64,000 bases of DNA, taken from assembly GCA_963719315.1 (NCBI GenBank), contig CAVRBU010000002.1:1056001-1120000 (forward strand), in the 5' to 3' direction. The position numbers and the translations under genes were made by a program. Below are positions 22,501-32,415 of this stretch, in pieces; positions within the stretch are counted from its first letter, which is position 1, and each line of letters opens with the position of its first letter. This DNA comes from an uncultured Planctomycetota bacterium. Its GTDB lineage: Bacteria > Planctomycetota > Planctomycetia > Pirellulales > Lacipirellulaceae. The notes below the pieces were generated by a model that saw only the letters and a list, made by a program, of their open reading frames with translations, did not search any database and was not told the origin of the DNA.

Positions 22501-24801
22501 TTGATCGACGCCAACGGCAACGACACGAGTTTGCGAGCCACGACGAATGCGCAAGGCTTCTACAAATTCAACAACCTGGCCGCCGGTCAGTACGCGGTGA
22601 TGGAAGTGCAGCCCGCGGGTTGGCTAGATGGCAAAGATACGCCGGGCAACTTGGGCGGCGTGGCGGCCGTCTCGCCGCCGGGCGACATGATCAGCATGAT
22701 CATGATCAACTGGGGCGACATGGGGACCGAATACAACTTTGGCGAGCTCCTGCCCGGTTCGATCGCCGGACGGATTCATGCGGATGATGGGCCGGATTGT
22801 GATTTCGACAATCCGCACATCTTCCTGTCGGGCGTGCAAGTCGATTTACTCGACGGCGAAGGCAACGTGATCGGCGTCACGCACACCAACGAAAATGGCG
22901 AGTACGAATTCGCCGGTCTGCGTCCCGGCACGTACAGCGTTCGCGAGCATCAGCCTCAGGCCTACTTCGATGGCGGCGAACGCGTGGGTACGCTCGGCGG
23001 GTCAAGCTCTGACGTGCTCGGCGTGTACAGCCTGTTTACCGGCATCCATGTGGGGTCCGGTGAACAGGGAATTCAATACGACTTTTGTGAGAAGCCGGGA
23101 GCCGAGCTTTCTGGTTACGTGTTCATCGACGGTGCCCCAATAGTCACGGGTCAACCGCTTACGCCGGCTGAAATTGCCGCCGTTCGCGACGGTCGACGCA
23201 CGAGCGACGATGCGCCGCTCGCCGGCGTCACCCTTGAGTTGCGGCAAGGCCAGACCGGTGCCCCGATTTTGATTAGCTATGCGATCGCGGGTTCGTACTC
23301 GGGCGCGGCCACCGATCCGATACGTGTCGTTACCGATGCGAACGGCTACTACCATTTCGGTGGCCTGCCCGAAGGTTTGTACGCGGTTGTCGAAGTGCAA
23401 CCTGCAAACGTCATCGATAACGTCGATACGCCCGGCACGTTAGGCGGCTTCGCGGTGAATCCCGAGGGAGTTGGTTTGTTGGGCCAGAGCATTCCGACGC
23501 CCAGCCAGCAAGCGATCATCGAGCAGTTCCGCATCGACCACGGTCCGGACGCCATCGTCAGCATTCCGCTCCAGTATGGCCAGCACGCACGGGAGAACAA
23601 CTTCAGCGAAGTGCTCACGCAACCGCCCCCGCCCATCATACCGCCCCCGCCGATCCTACCACCGCCTCCGACTCCGGTTCCGCCGGTCAAGCCGCCCGTG
23701 TTCGGGCCTCCGGGGATTCCGTACGTGCCACCACTGGTCTTCTCGCCGAATCCGCCCGTGATCTTGCCGCCGGATATCTTCGGTGGCTCCAGCAACGTCA
23801 TCGGGTACACTTGGCACTTGAGCGTCGTGAACGCCGGTTGGCCGCGGAGCATCACGACGGGCGAAGCGCCGTTCCAATTGACGTCGGCTTCGATCGATGT
23901 CGTCGGTTGGCGGAACGTGCAACTCGACGGCGGTCGCTGGAAGCTGGCCGTGTTGGACGGCGCCAAGGTGAACGTGGTGCGCGATGAAATGTTTGGCACC
24001 ACGAACTCGATCCCGGTTACCGGCGATTTCAACGGCGACGGCGTCACCGACATTGCCGTGTATATCGATGGTCAATGGTTCATCGATCTCAACGGCAACG
24101 GCAAATGGGACGAGGGTGACTTGTGGGCCCAACTGGGCAGCGAGGACGATCAGCCCGTCTCCGGCGATTGGGACGCCGACGGCAAGACCGACATCGGCAT
24201 CTACGGCCCGGCGTGGGCCCGTGATCCGTGGGCGATCGAGCGCGAGCCCGGTCTGCCCGATGCGGATAACTTCCCAACTCACCCGGCCGGCAAGATGAAA
24301 AACATGCCGCCGACCGCCGAGGACGCAACCAGCGGTGGCCGCATCCTCAAGCGCACGGCCCGCGGTAAGAATCGGGCCGACCTAATCGACCACGTTTTCC
24401 ACTACGGCGAACCGCTCGACATTCCGGTTGCCGGCGACTGGAACGGCGACGGCGTCCGCCAGATCGGCGTGTTCCGCGACGGCCAGTGGATTCTGGACAC
24501 CGACGGCGACGGCCGCTTCACGGAAGCCGACGCGAAGACGGAATTCGGGCAGGCCGGCGACGTGCCCGTCGTGGGCGATTTCAACGGCGACGGCGTCGAC
24601 GAGATCGGCGTCTACCGCGCCGGAAAGTGGATCCTCGACACGAATGGCAACCGCCACATCGACGCTCAGGACAAAGTCTTCGAGCTCGGCGGCGCAGGCG
24701 ACAAGCCAGTCGTCGGCGACTGGAACGACGACGGCACCGACGACCCGGGCGTGTTCCACCCCGGCACGGCAACCGACCGCGTGACGCGCCGGGCGAGTTG
24801 A
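19501..24801 (+). CDS. Large surface protein with SdrD B-like repeats, a Pro-rich linker and FG-GAP/VCBS-like C-terminal repeats
   Basis: GTG start with GGAGG, IEELEPRRLMA motif, nine approximately 110-120 aa SdrD-B-like units, GDFNGDG/GDWNGDG repeats. Confidence 0.9.
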   Translation: MGILNFLRELCFGQSDIGVANGGTSSRPQPRRARNVAPRRCQIEELEPRRLMAADGLVPQVVLGSVYYEDHSLDDSVPDVIEVSFVGGAAGTTLDRLVLNGDKQGDGVSAGDVIFDTVDGGLGAYKSNPLTIVSANGFSVNSTTVVDGGSQIVFTFSGFQAGMKLRFSIDADEIQFVEAGAVVNGQIVDPSGIDVDAEVTGFEFQRTIVTGEFSATGYVDLSLEGLHWDFYDNRFASANAAAGLLPTLPKDRYSTTEDLSVWTAGAIAYAPQIPLATLAGWVYHDQNDNGVFAHGTEQGIGGVTVELLDSNGNPTGITTTTSTQPGKIGYYEFLNLYPGTYGVREVQPTGWLDGKDAAGDHGGAADPETSGRVDRIFGAVLNYGDHAVEYNFGELLPGSIRGTVQAHTDEDCDFDHPEILLAGVRIDLLDASGNFLRSTLTDANGAYAFTDLVPGIYSVREHQPDGYYDGDERAGTAGGVLLVNDQIGAIAIGSDVHAINYDFCEHVGVMLSGNVYHDRDNDGNFDRPGEEGIAGVLLKLLDGDGNDTGLTATTDAIGFYKFNNLAAGKYTVIEVQPSGWLDGLDTPGNLGGVADVSPPGDKISQIMINWGQMGTEYNFGELLPGSIAGRIHADSGPDCDFDNPEILLEGVQVDLLDSHGNVIVTTHTNAKGEYEFTDLSPETTYSVREHQPVGYFDGGERVGTLGGASSEVGAFSLITGINVGSDEHGIQYDFCEKLPGSISGRVHADSGPDCDFDDPDILLEGVQIDLLDADGNFIRSTFTDVNGEYHFTGLAPGGYQVREHQPTEYFDGGERVGTAGGTSFDVLPAYSMFTGISITAGQDAIQYDFCEKVPGSISGRVHADSGPDCDFDNPDILLEGVQIDLLDSNGNFIRSTHTDANGEYHFADLAPGGYQVREHQPTEYYDGGERLGTAGGISFDVLPQYSMFIGIVITAGQDAIHYDFCEKVGVMLSGNVYHDRNDDGNFDRDTEAGIGGVLLKLIDANGNDTSLRATTNAQGFYKFNNLAAGQYAVMEVQPAGWLDGKDTPGNLGGVAAVSPPGDMISMIMINWGDMGTEYNFGELLPGSIAGRIHADDGPDCDFDNPHIFLSGVQVDLLDGEGNVIGVTHTNENGEYEFAGLRPGTYSVREHQPQAYFDGGERVGTLGGSSSDVLGVYSLFTGIHVGSGEQGIQYDFCEKPGAELSGYVFIDGAPIVTGQPLTPAEIAAVRDGRRTSDDAPLAGVTLELRQGQTGAPILISYAIAGSYSGAATDPIRVVTDANGYYHFGGLPEGLYAVVEVQPANVIDNVDTPGTLGGFAVNPEGVGLLGQSIPTPSQQAIIEQFRIDHGPDAIVSIPLQYGQHARENNFSEVLTQPPPPIIPPPPILPPPPTPVPPVKPPVFGPPGIPYVPPLVFSPNPPVILPPDIFGGSSNVIGYTWHLSVVNAGWPRSITTGEAPFQLTSASIDVVGWRNVQLDGGRWKLAVLDGAKVNVVRDEMFGTTNSIPVTGDFNGDGVTDIAVYIDGQWFIDLNGNGKWDEGDLWAQLGSEDDQPVSGDWDADGKTDIGIYGPAWARDPWAIEREPGLPDADNFPTHPAGKMKNMPPTAEDATSGGRILKRTARGKNRADLIDHVFHYGEPLDIPVAGDWNGDGVRQIGVFRDGQWILDTDGDGRFTEADAKTEFGQAGDVPVVGDFNGDGVDEIGVYRAGKWILDTNGNRHIDAQDKVFELGGAGDKPVVGDWNDDGTDDPGVFHPGTATDRVTRRAS

Positions 24802-24873
24802 ATTGGGACGTACGTGAGTGACTCCGAGACTCGAATCCACAACTTTGAGAAACGCAGCCAAGCATGCGCCTTC

Positions 24874-25512
24874 TCATTGGCTTGTCAACGCGTGGAAATA
24901 GATCGCGCAGTTCGGAAGCGTGGTCCTCAGGTGTTCGGCGCCGTCGTTGGTGATCTGCGTCCAGCGGATGAAAAGTTCTTTCAAGGCGCTTTGCCTAGCC
25001 AGGTCGTCGATGGCGGCGTCGGTGATTTTGGTGCCGGTCAGAATCGCGCTGTGAAGATTGGGCAGCACGGCCAATTGCGCGGCGGCGCGGTCGGATATGT
25101 TGGTGTAACGCATCGAGACGAATTGCAACGCGGGCATCGAGCGGAGAACGCCAGCGCTGGCGTCGGTGATTTGCGTATTGTCGAGCGTCAGCCGTTCGAG
25201 ATGAATCAATCCAGAGAGTGACCGCAGCGCGTTGTCATCCACCTGTTTATACGCCAGGTCAACCTGCGTGACGTGCATGAACGCATCGTTCCCAAGGAAC
25301 GTCGTCACCAGCCAGCGGTGCCACGTCGGGCCTTCGGCGGGCGTCTTGGCCGAGTTGCCTTGCAGCCGATTCACCGCGGCGAGCGACTGCATCTGCAGCC
25401 GATACGGATTGACGTATACACTCCACCCGCCGACCAGCAAGCAGCACAGCGTCATCAGCACGAACATCGTTCGAAGACTATAACGCCTCCAGCTAATGAA
25501 TCGCGTATTCAT
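24874..25512 (-). CDS. Leucine-rich repeat protein with N-terminal anchor
   Basis: RYSLRTMFVLMT anchor and LxLxxTxITD repeats. Confidence 0.85.
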   Translation of the reverse strand: MNTRFISWRRYSLRTMFVLMTLCCLLVGGWSVYVNPYRLQMQSLAAVNRLQGNSAKTPAEGPTWHRWLVTTFLGNDAFMHVTQVDLAYKQVDDNALRSLSGLIHLERLTLDNTQITDASAGVLRSMPALQFVSMRYTNISDRAAAQLAVLPNLHSAILTGTKITDAAIDDLARQSALKELFIRWTQITNDGAEHLRTTLPNCAIYFHALTSQ

Positions 25513-25520
25513 TACGATGC

Positions 25521-26558
25521 CTACGGCGACTTTCCCGATGGTGGTTCCCCAGGAATCAGACTGGAGAAAACTATCGTTTTGCCTTCGGGCGACCAGGCAG
25601 GGTTCGTGTTGCTGAACTCGGCGCTTTGGCCAACCAAAGGTTTGGGCGGGGTGCCGCTATCCACATCGAACATGTACAGTTGATGCAATTCCTCCGCTCC
25701 CAGCCACGATCCCGATATTTGTTTTTCGGGAGACTGGCTGGCGAACACGATACGCTTGCCATCGGGCGACCACGATGCGTGGTGAAACGTCCCCGCCGGC
25801 AGGATGTTCCTAATGGAAGTTTGCATGGTCTGCTCGTCGAGCGCCGCTAGCCACACGCCGCCCGAGTCTTCGCCAAAGCAGATGTGGTGGCCGTCGGGCG
25901 AGAAGGAAAAGCCGGGCTGCATCGAGTGAGGCGGGCGAAGAATACTGTGTTCCCGGCCCGTGGCCAAATCGAAAAGGGCCAGTCCGCGATCGATGCCGAT
26001 GACGGCGATGCGGTTTCCGCGCCGCAACCAGCGCGGGCTCCCCCAATGATTGAGAATCGTCTCGCGGCCGCTGCCGTCGGCGTTCATGACGACAATCGTT
26101 TGCGGGCTATCGTAAGTATGGATGACGAGGTGCGTGCCGTCTGGCGACCAGCTTGGCATGCTGCCCGGTCCCAGGAGACGAAAGCCCGTGCCGTCGGCGC
26201 GAATCAAGGCGACTTGGGACGCAGTCAGTTCTTGGTCAACACGCCGTGTGTCGAAGGCGACCATCGAGCCATCGGGCGACCACTGAGCTGACCCACAACT
26301 ATAACCGGGCGTCTTGCCAAACAGAGCCAGGCCGGTGCCATCCGGAGTGATTTTCCAAAGTTGCCACTGGGGCAGATCTGGTGGGAGGGTGAGTAGTGAG
26401 AGTTCAGTCTGCGCAGAGCCGCTCGACGACTCGCGAGTAAGTTGATTTGGCTGGCTTACGGTTTGCGTTGCGCTCGGCTCGGCGAATATTGCGAATGCCA
26501 ATACTGCGACCCAGAATTGACGGCAGTCGAGGCCGGTGGTGGCACCCCGCGATTTCAT
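25521..26558 (-). CDS. TolB-like beta-propeller (PD40 repeat) protein
   Basis: Signal peptide and repeated WSPDG/FSPDG motifs. Confidence 0.85.
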   Translation of the reverse strand: MKSRGATTGLDCRQFWVAVLAFAIFAEPSATQTVSQPNQLTRESSSGSAQTELSLLTLPPDLPQWQLWKITPDGTGLALFGKTPGYSCGSAQWSPDGSMVAFDTRRVDQELTASQVALIRADGTGFRLLGPGSMPSWSPDGTHLVIHTYDSPQTIVVMNADGSGRETILNHWGSPRWLRRGNRIAVIGIDRGLALFDLATGREHSILRPPHSMQPGFSFSPDGHHICFGEDSGGVWLAALDEQTMQTSIRNILPAGTFHHASWSPDGKRIVFASQSPEKQISGSWLGAEELHQLYMFDVDSGTPPKPLVGQSAEFSNTNPAWSPEGKTIVFSSLIPGEPPSGKSP

Positions 26559-26724
26559 GAGCTTTTCAGCTTTTCGATTTCCTGTTGGGCGGTAGCAAGG
26601 TCGGCTTCCAGTTGACGGACTTCGCCCGGGTCGTCCATCTGCTTCCGGCGCCGGCCAGCCGTTGTTGGATGTCGTTTACTTTCTTGCGTAGGAGCTCGAT
26701 GCGTTTCTGGGCTTTTTTCTCCAT
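26555..26724 (-). CDS. Small coiled-coil hypothetical protein, apparent 1-bp frameshift near 26645
   Basis: MEKKAQKRIELLRKK...LAGA continues in a shifted frame as RKQMDDPGEVRQLEADL...KLKSS, with the stop overlapping the next ATG. Confidence 0.6.
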
Positions 26725-26731
26725 TGGAGTA

Positions 26732-26757
26732 TTGTCCGTCGTGCGTTGTCTGTTGCA
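26732..26757. repeat. Single degenerate arm of the GTCCGTT heptamer family
   Basis: ttgtccgtcgtgcgttgtctgttgca. Confidence 0.55.
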
Positions 26758-26764
26758 GGGCAGC

Positions 26765-27328
26765 CTAGTTGGCTGGCGCGTTCGTGGGGGCGAAGAGTTG
26801 TGGCGCGCCTGCGGAGTCAACTTTTCGCACGCGTGGGTAGGTTCGCAGCACGCTGCCAAGCATCACTGTAATGATGCCGAGGATCAGACAGACGCTCAGC
26901 CACATCCGCCACTTTTCGCGAATCGCGTCGGCCGCAGCGGTGCGACCGGCCAAGAGTGCCGCGAGGAGGAATACCACAATCGCAGCCATCATCTTCATGC
27001 CGGCGATCATATGGTACGACGACGCCAACCGCTCGTGCTGTTTGATGATCATCGTATAGTTGAAGATTCCGGTAATGAGCAGCAGCGCCGTCGCGATGCC
27101 GACCCACTTGGCCCATGCGGCGCGGCGACCGCCGAAGAGATGGTCGACCGGTGCCGTGCCCGGCGGAGCATTGGTCGGTGAGATGATATTTCGGATGTAG
27201 AACAGACCTCCGACAAGGATGATCGCGCCCAGGATGTGGCAAATGCGCGATAACAGCAGTAGCCAGTACATGCCGTCGAGTTGCGGCATCGTCGATTGTT
27301 GAGCGACCAGCAACATTGATTCGGTCAT
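26765..27328 (-). CDS. Four-TM membrane protein (CopD-like pattern)
   Basis: SRICHILGAIILVGG, LLITGIFN, GMK motif. Confidence 0.75.
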   Translation of the reverse strand: MTESMLLVAQQSTMPQLDGMYWLLLLSRICHILGAIILVGGLFYIRNIISPTNAPPGTAPVDHLFGGRRAAWAKWVGIATALLLITGIFNYTMIIKQHERLASSYHMIAGMKMMAAIVVFLLAALLAGRTAAADAIREKWRMWLSVCLILGIITVMLGSVLRTYPRVRKVDSAGAPQLFAPTNAPAN

Positions 27329-27344
27329 CGGTGATTCCTTTCAG

Positions 27345-27483
27345 ATAGGGTGGACGATGCCCACCAATCGACCGCACGGCGTAGTGGGAATTGGGTGGCA
27401 TGCCTTCGCCGCCGGGCGGCGTAGGCATGTAATGCTCCAACAAAAACATGCCTACGCGGCTTGGGCCACGAGAACATGACACC
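27345..27483. repeat. REP-like cluster: one TAGGGTGG..CCCACC unit plus a GGGTG-type pair
   Basis: tagggtggacgatgcccacc; gggtggcatgccttcgccgccgggcggcgtaggcatgt ... acatgcctacgcggc...catgacacc. Confidence 0.65.
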
Positions 27484-27493
27484 TCCGGACACT

Positions 27494-28741
27494 TTATGGT
27501 AACGATTTGTCTTCGTCGCGCAAACGGTCGGTGAAGGCCAGCGCCTCGGCGCGGGTGCGAATTTCGCCGTTGAGCTGTGCATCTCGGACGCATTCCAGCA
27601 GGCTAGCGAAGTGTGGACCGGGCTTAAGGCCGTGTGCGATCAGGGCGGAGCCATCGATGAGCGGCGGCGGATTAAGGCGTTCCGCGGGCCAGGCTAACCG
27701 CTCGCGACAAAAATCAAGGGCCGAATCTGCGGAACCGGCCATTGCCTCGTGCAGCGCGATGAGTTCGGCGGCGCCTTCGTGGGTCAGCAGCCGTTGCAAG
27801 CGGGGCCAGGGAAGTTGCGCGGCCTCGGCGATCGCGGGGCGGTTCGCCAGCAGCCAGCCGGTGCGCTCGATTTCTTTGTTGGTGTAGCGAAGCCGGCGGC
27901 CGAGTGAAACGGGGAATGAGGAATGGGGAGTGGGGAGTGATGCGAGGAGCACGGCTAACGCGAGCGGCAGTGTTGGTTTCTGGAGAGCGGCCAAAATGCC
28001 TGCGGTTTCGTTGAACGCGGCGGAGGGCAGTGCGGCAACCTCAGGTAGTACGTGCGGCAGAAGTTTGGTGTCCCGCAGTAAGGCGAGCGCCGTTGCGCGG
28101 TTCGCATCGATCAGCATCCGGCGGATTTCCTTGCCGATGCGTTCGGCGCTGACGGTGTTGATGTCGGCGGCCATCTCTTGAATCGCGCGCAGCGTTTCCG
28201 GTTCGATTTCGAATCGCAGGACCGCGGCGAAGCGGACGGCCCGCAGCATCCGGAGTTTGTCCTCGCCAAGCCGCAAGCATGGGCTGCCGATGGCGCGGAT
28301 GGTGCCGCGTTTTAGATCGTCCTGGCCGCCCACATAGTCGACGACTTGCTCGGAGATTGGATCGTAAAACAGGCCGTTGATCGTGAAGTCGCGGCGTTGG
28401 GCGTCGTGTTCGGCCGTGGTGAAGTGGACGCTATCCGGCCGCCGGCCGTCGCTGTAGGCGGCGTCAGCACGAAACGTGGCAACCTCAATCTGGCCGGCCG
28501 CCCGCGGGCCGAGCACGGTCACCACGCCGAACGCCGCGCCGATCGGCAGCGTGCGACGGTGGCCAAATAGATCGCGAACCTGGTCCGGCGTTGCGCTGGT
28601 CGCGACATCGTAATCTTTGGGCGTAATGCCCAGCAATTCGTCGCGCACGCAGCCGCCTGCCCACAACGATTCGTAACCCGCCGCGCGCAGCTTCTCGGCA
28701 ATTTCTCGAGCGAACGCGCGTTGGCGGGCGGGGTCGGGCAT
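27494..28741 (-). CDS. cca: CCA tRNA nucleotidyltransferase / poly(A) polymerase family
   Basis: GGCVRD, KDYDVAT, EVATFR, RRDFTING, EDKLRMLRAVRF. Confidence 0.9.
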   Translation of the reverse strand: MPDPARQRAFAREIAEKLRAAGYESLWAGGCVRDELLGITPKDYDVATSATPDQVRDLFGHRRTLPIGAAFGVVTVLGPRAAGQIEVATFRADAAYSDGRRPDSVHFTTAEHDAQRRDFTINGLFYDPISEQVVDYVGGQDDLKRGTIRAIGSPCLRLGEDKLRMLRAVRFAAVLRFEIEPETLRAIQEMAADINTVSAERIGKEIRRMLIDANRATALALLRDTKLLPHVLPEVAALPSAAFNETAGILAALQKPTLPLALAVLLASLPTPHSSFPVSLGRRLRYTNKEIERTGWLLANRPAIAEAAQLPWPRLQRLLTHEGAAELIALHEAMAGSADSALDFCRERLAWPAERLNPPPLIDGSALIAHGLKPGPHFASLLECVRDAQLNGEIRTRAEALAFTDRLRDEDKSLP

Positions 28742-28746
28742 TAAAG

Positions 28747-28783
28747 AGGGTTTAGGGTTCAGGGTTTAGGGTTCAGGGTTCAG
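28747..28783. repeat. Heptamer array (AGGGTT(T/C))x5 containing the addA stop codon
   Basis: agggttt agggttc agggttt agggttc agggttc ag. Confidence 0.9.
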
Positions 28784-31700
28784 AATCGAAATTCGTGGTG
28801 GCCGGATCGCGTAAGGTTTCTTCAATGGCTTCGTTTACCATCTCAACCGCGCGGCGGCGGGCGGCGGCGTTCCAGGGGATTGTCTTTTCAATGCCGAGTC
28901 GCAGCAGTTCTAGTATCAATTCCGTCGGCGACTCGCCGAGCGCCTGCTCGGCGGCCATCGCGTAGACGAATAATTGCATCTCGTAACCTTGGGTGACGTG
29001 CTCAATTTCGGCGGGCCGGACGTCGTTGGTTTTGTAATCGACGATCCGCCACGCGCCGGCGGAATCTTGGTAGAGGCAATCGATGTAACCGCGGATGCAA
29101 CGATGGCTGTTGTCGGGTGGCTGGGGGCTCGCCTGCGGCTCGACCCCAGCCACCCCGTGCGGCGGCCACGCGAGCAGGAATTCAATTTCTCGGTGCAGCG
29201 CTTTGGCGTTTGCCAACGCTCGACCGCGCGGTGAGACGGCGAACCGCGCGATCATCGCGCTCGCTGCGTGGGCGGCTTCGTCCGCATTCTGAACGACATA
29301 TTGCGAGGCCAAATGTTCGCACCAATCGGCGATTTCGGCGTCAACTACACTGCTGTCGAACGCTATTCGAGCCAGAACATCATGGGTCAACGAGCCAAGA
29401 CCGCGGGGATCGAGCAAGGGCTTCGCTTCGGAGGCACCGCCTGACGAGCCAGCAGTGGCACCCGTGTAAGCCCCGGTAGTACCCATACCACTCGACGACA
29501 CCAGCTTTCCACTCAGTCGCGAGAACGAAAACTGGCGGCGGGCGGCGCGATCGACGGGGATCGGACCGATGGTTTCCGGCACGATGCCTCGCCCAGCGCC
29601 CGCGAGCTCGTGCGCGTCGGCGAGCATCCGCGGCAGATCGGGCCCGCGCGAACGGCCGACCGGTCTTTGAGCGGCCGGCGGCGGCGCGATGTGGACGTGC
29701 GGCCGTTCGTAGTCGTCCGGCAATGGACCGGCTAATTCGCCCGTTTCCAGATTGAAGTGATCGGCAAGCAGCTTCATCCAATCGCCCTTGAGGTTGTCGA
29801 GTGCATCGACGCTGCTGGAAAGAAGCAGGTAATCGGCAGCCCGAGTGCAGGCAACGTACAATAGGCGTTTTCGTTCTTCGAGTTCCGCCGTCCGCTCGGC
29901 GGCGGCGAACAAACTCATGCCCGTGGCTTTCTCCTCGCGGCTTTCATCTTGGGGAATGCGAACGAGCGGTCCGAGCTCGTCATCGAGCGCGGCAACTGGC
30001 CCGCCCGGGCGCGGCGGCCGATCCAGATCGGGGAGGATCACGAAAGGAAATTCCAACCCCTTCGCGCGATGGATCGTCATCAGGCGGATCACGTCGGCCG
30101 ATTCGGCGCTCGTCGAGGCAAGAGGCTCCTTGGGCGGCTCGGCAATGTACTCCGAAAGCTGCGCGATGAAATCGTGGAGGTCATGGCGGTTCTGGTCGGC
30201 TGTGCGCGCGTGCTCGATCAACTTGTGCAAGTTGGCCAGCTTGCGCTCGCCGAGGAACTCAGTGAGCAGTACGGCATCGTAACCAGTAAGGTCGAGGGCC
30301 TCGTTCAGCAATTCCGCGATCGTGACAATGTTCTTGATCGCGCGGAGGCGGCCCATCGTCCGCGCAGCAGAGACGACCTTGGCCCGTTCGTCGTCGGTCA
30401 ACTCGACCGGCAACGGTTCGGCGAATAACCCCGCGTTGAGACTGCCGCCCCGTTCGACGAGCCAAAACAGCGACTCATCGGCAAGCGCGAAAAAGGGGCT
30501 GCGGAGCACGCCTGCCAGACTGATTTCATCGGCCGAACTCGCTATGGCTCGCAGCAGGTTGAGCACGTCGAAGACTTCTTGCTGGGCGTAAAACGCGTGG
30601 CCGCCGACGAGGTAGTATTCGAGGCCTTGCTCGCGGAGAGCTTCTTCGTACAATCGCACGTCGCTCAGCGCACGGAACAAAACCGCGACATCGCCGGGCT
30701 TCAGCCGGCGCGGCCGGCCAGTGACTTTGTCCACGATTGGGGCTTCTTCGCACGTATCTTCAAGCAATTGACGGAGACGGCGAGCGATGGCTGCGGCTTC
30801 CTGCCGGCGGGCCTCTTCGACGCTGACTTTTCCACGATTCTGTTCGTCCCGCGGCACCGTCCAAAGAAACTCGACGGCGGGCGCGTCGCTCGCCTGCTCG
30901 AGTTGCGGCTGCAAGGCCTCGTAGTCCTGAAACGTGTCGTGAAATAGAGCGTTTACGAAGTGCAACACGCCGGGCTGGCTGCGGAAGTTGTGCGTGAGAT
31001 GCAAGCGACCGGCGTCGGGCACTTGGCTGCGGAGCTTCAGGAACTCCGGCGGCACGGCGCCGCGGAAGCGGTAGATCGATTGTTTGAAGTCTCCGACGAA
31101 AAACAACCTGCCTTCCTCGAATCCTGTGCCGCAAATCATCTTGATGAGCTCGACCTGCTGCGGATCGGTGTCTTGAAACTCATCTACTAGCAGCAGTCGA
31201 AGATCCTTGGAAATGGCATCGCGAACAGCAGACTTGTTGGGGTCCGCAAGCAGTCGATGGGCGAGGGCGAGTTGATCGCTAAAATCGAGCTTGGCCAAAA
31301 GTTGCTTGCGTCGCTGAAACGCTGCGGCAACGTCGCCCGCCAGGTGAAGTAGCTTCTGGCCCAGCAGGGCGGCCTCGAAGGCCGTCGCATCGTCCAACGA
31401 TAACGGGCGGCTCTTTTTGATCGCTTCGCGCAGCTTTTCACACGCGGCCTGGTAGACCTTAAAATCGTCGGGCGTCGGCCAATCTTCTGTTTTGCACATG
31501 CCTTTCACGCGCAAAATCGTTGATGGCTTTGAGATCGGCTTCGGTAATGCGATCGGGTTGCTTTTGCAGCCGAGTCAACAAGTCGGTCAGAGTAGCAATG
31601 GCGTCGGTAAACTTCTTATTGGCGGCGGTCGGCGTTGCGATCGACAGTAGACGCAGCATCTCTCGCGGCGGCGCTTTTTCAACGATCGCTTCCACTGACA

Positions 31701-32373
31701 AGCGAATTGAGTCTCGCTCGTTGCGTGCCTTCCATGCAGCAACCATTTCCTTTGCTTTGGCCGGTTGGCCGGGCCGATCTGCCAGCCAGTGTCCGAACGC
31801 GGGCCGGTGACATTGGTCCACCAGCAGCACTACGCGCTGCTTCAACTGCGCCAATTGGCGAAACTCGGCTGCCAGGTCGAGCGTGTCGCCGTCCTGTGTG
31901 GCCAGGCGCTGGCGGAGCACGTCGTCGATCACTTCCTGCAAAAGGGCATCGGCTTCGCTTTGTTCTAACACCCCAAATGTGGGGTCTAGGCCGGCCTCCG
32001 CTGCGTGCGTGCGAAGCAGCGCGGTGCAAAAGGCGTGAATCGTGCTGACACGGGCCGAGTCGATCTCGCGCAACAACTGCTGCCACGCCATCCGATCGTC
32101 GATCGAAAGCGTTGCGTCGTCGAGTCGCTCGTAGCAGGCATTGCGAATGCGGGTCCGCATTTCGCGGGCTGCCGCGTCGGTAAATGTGATCGCGATGAGT
32201 TGCCGAAGTTCGGCCGGTTCCACGTCGCTCTTCGAAGTGCGATCCAAGTGCGACAGGAATCGCGAAGTAAGAACGTGCGTCTTGCCGCAGCCCGCGCCGG
32301 CCGAGACTCCGACCGAGACGTCGCGAGTATTTAGCACAACAAGCTGCTCGTCAATTAGTGCGAATGTTCCCAT
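28773..32373 (-). CDS. addA: AddA-like UvrD helicase / PD-(D/E)xK nuclease, apparent frameshift near 31510
   Basis: AGAGCGKT, ITFTDAAA, LVDEFQDT, VGDFKQSIYRFRGA, TIHRAKGLE, LYVACTRA, GYID...DYKT, spread over two overlapping ORFs. Confidence 0.88.
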
Positions 32374-32415
32374 TTCAATTTCGAATTTTCAGATCGCCTT
32401 CAAATAGCCGCGATG

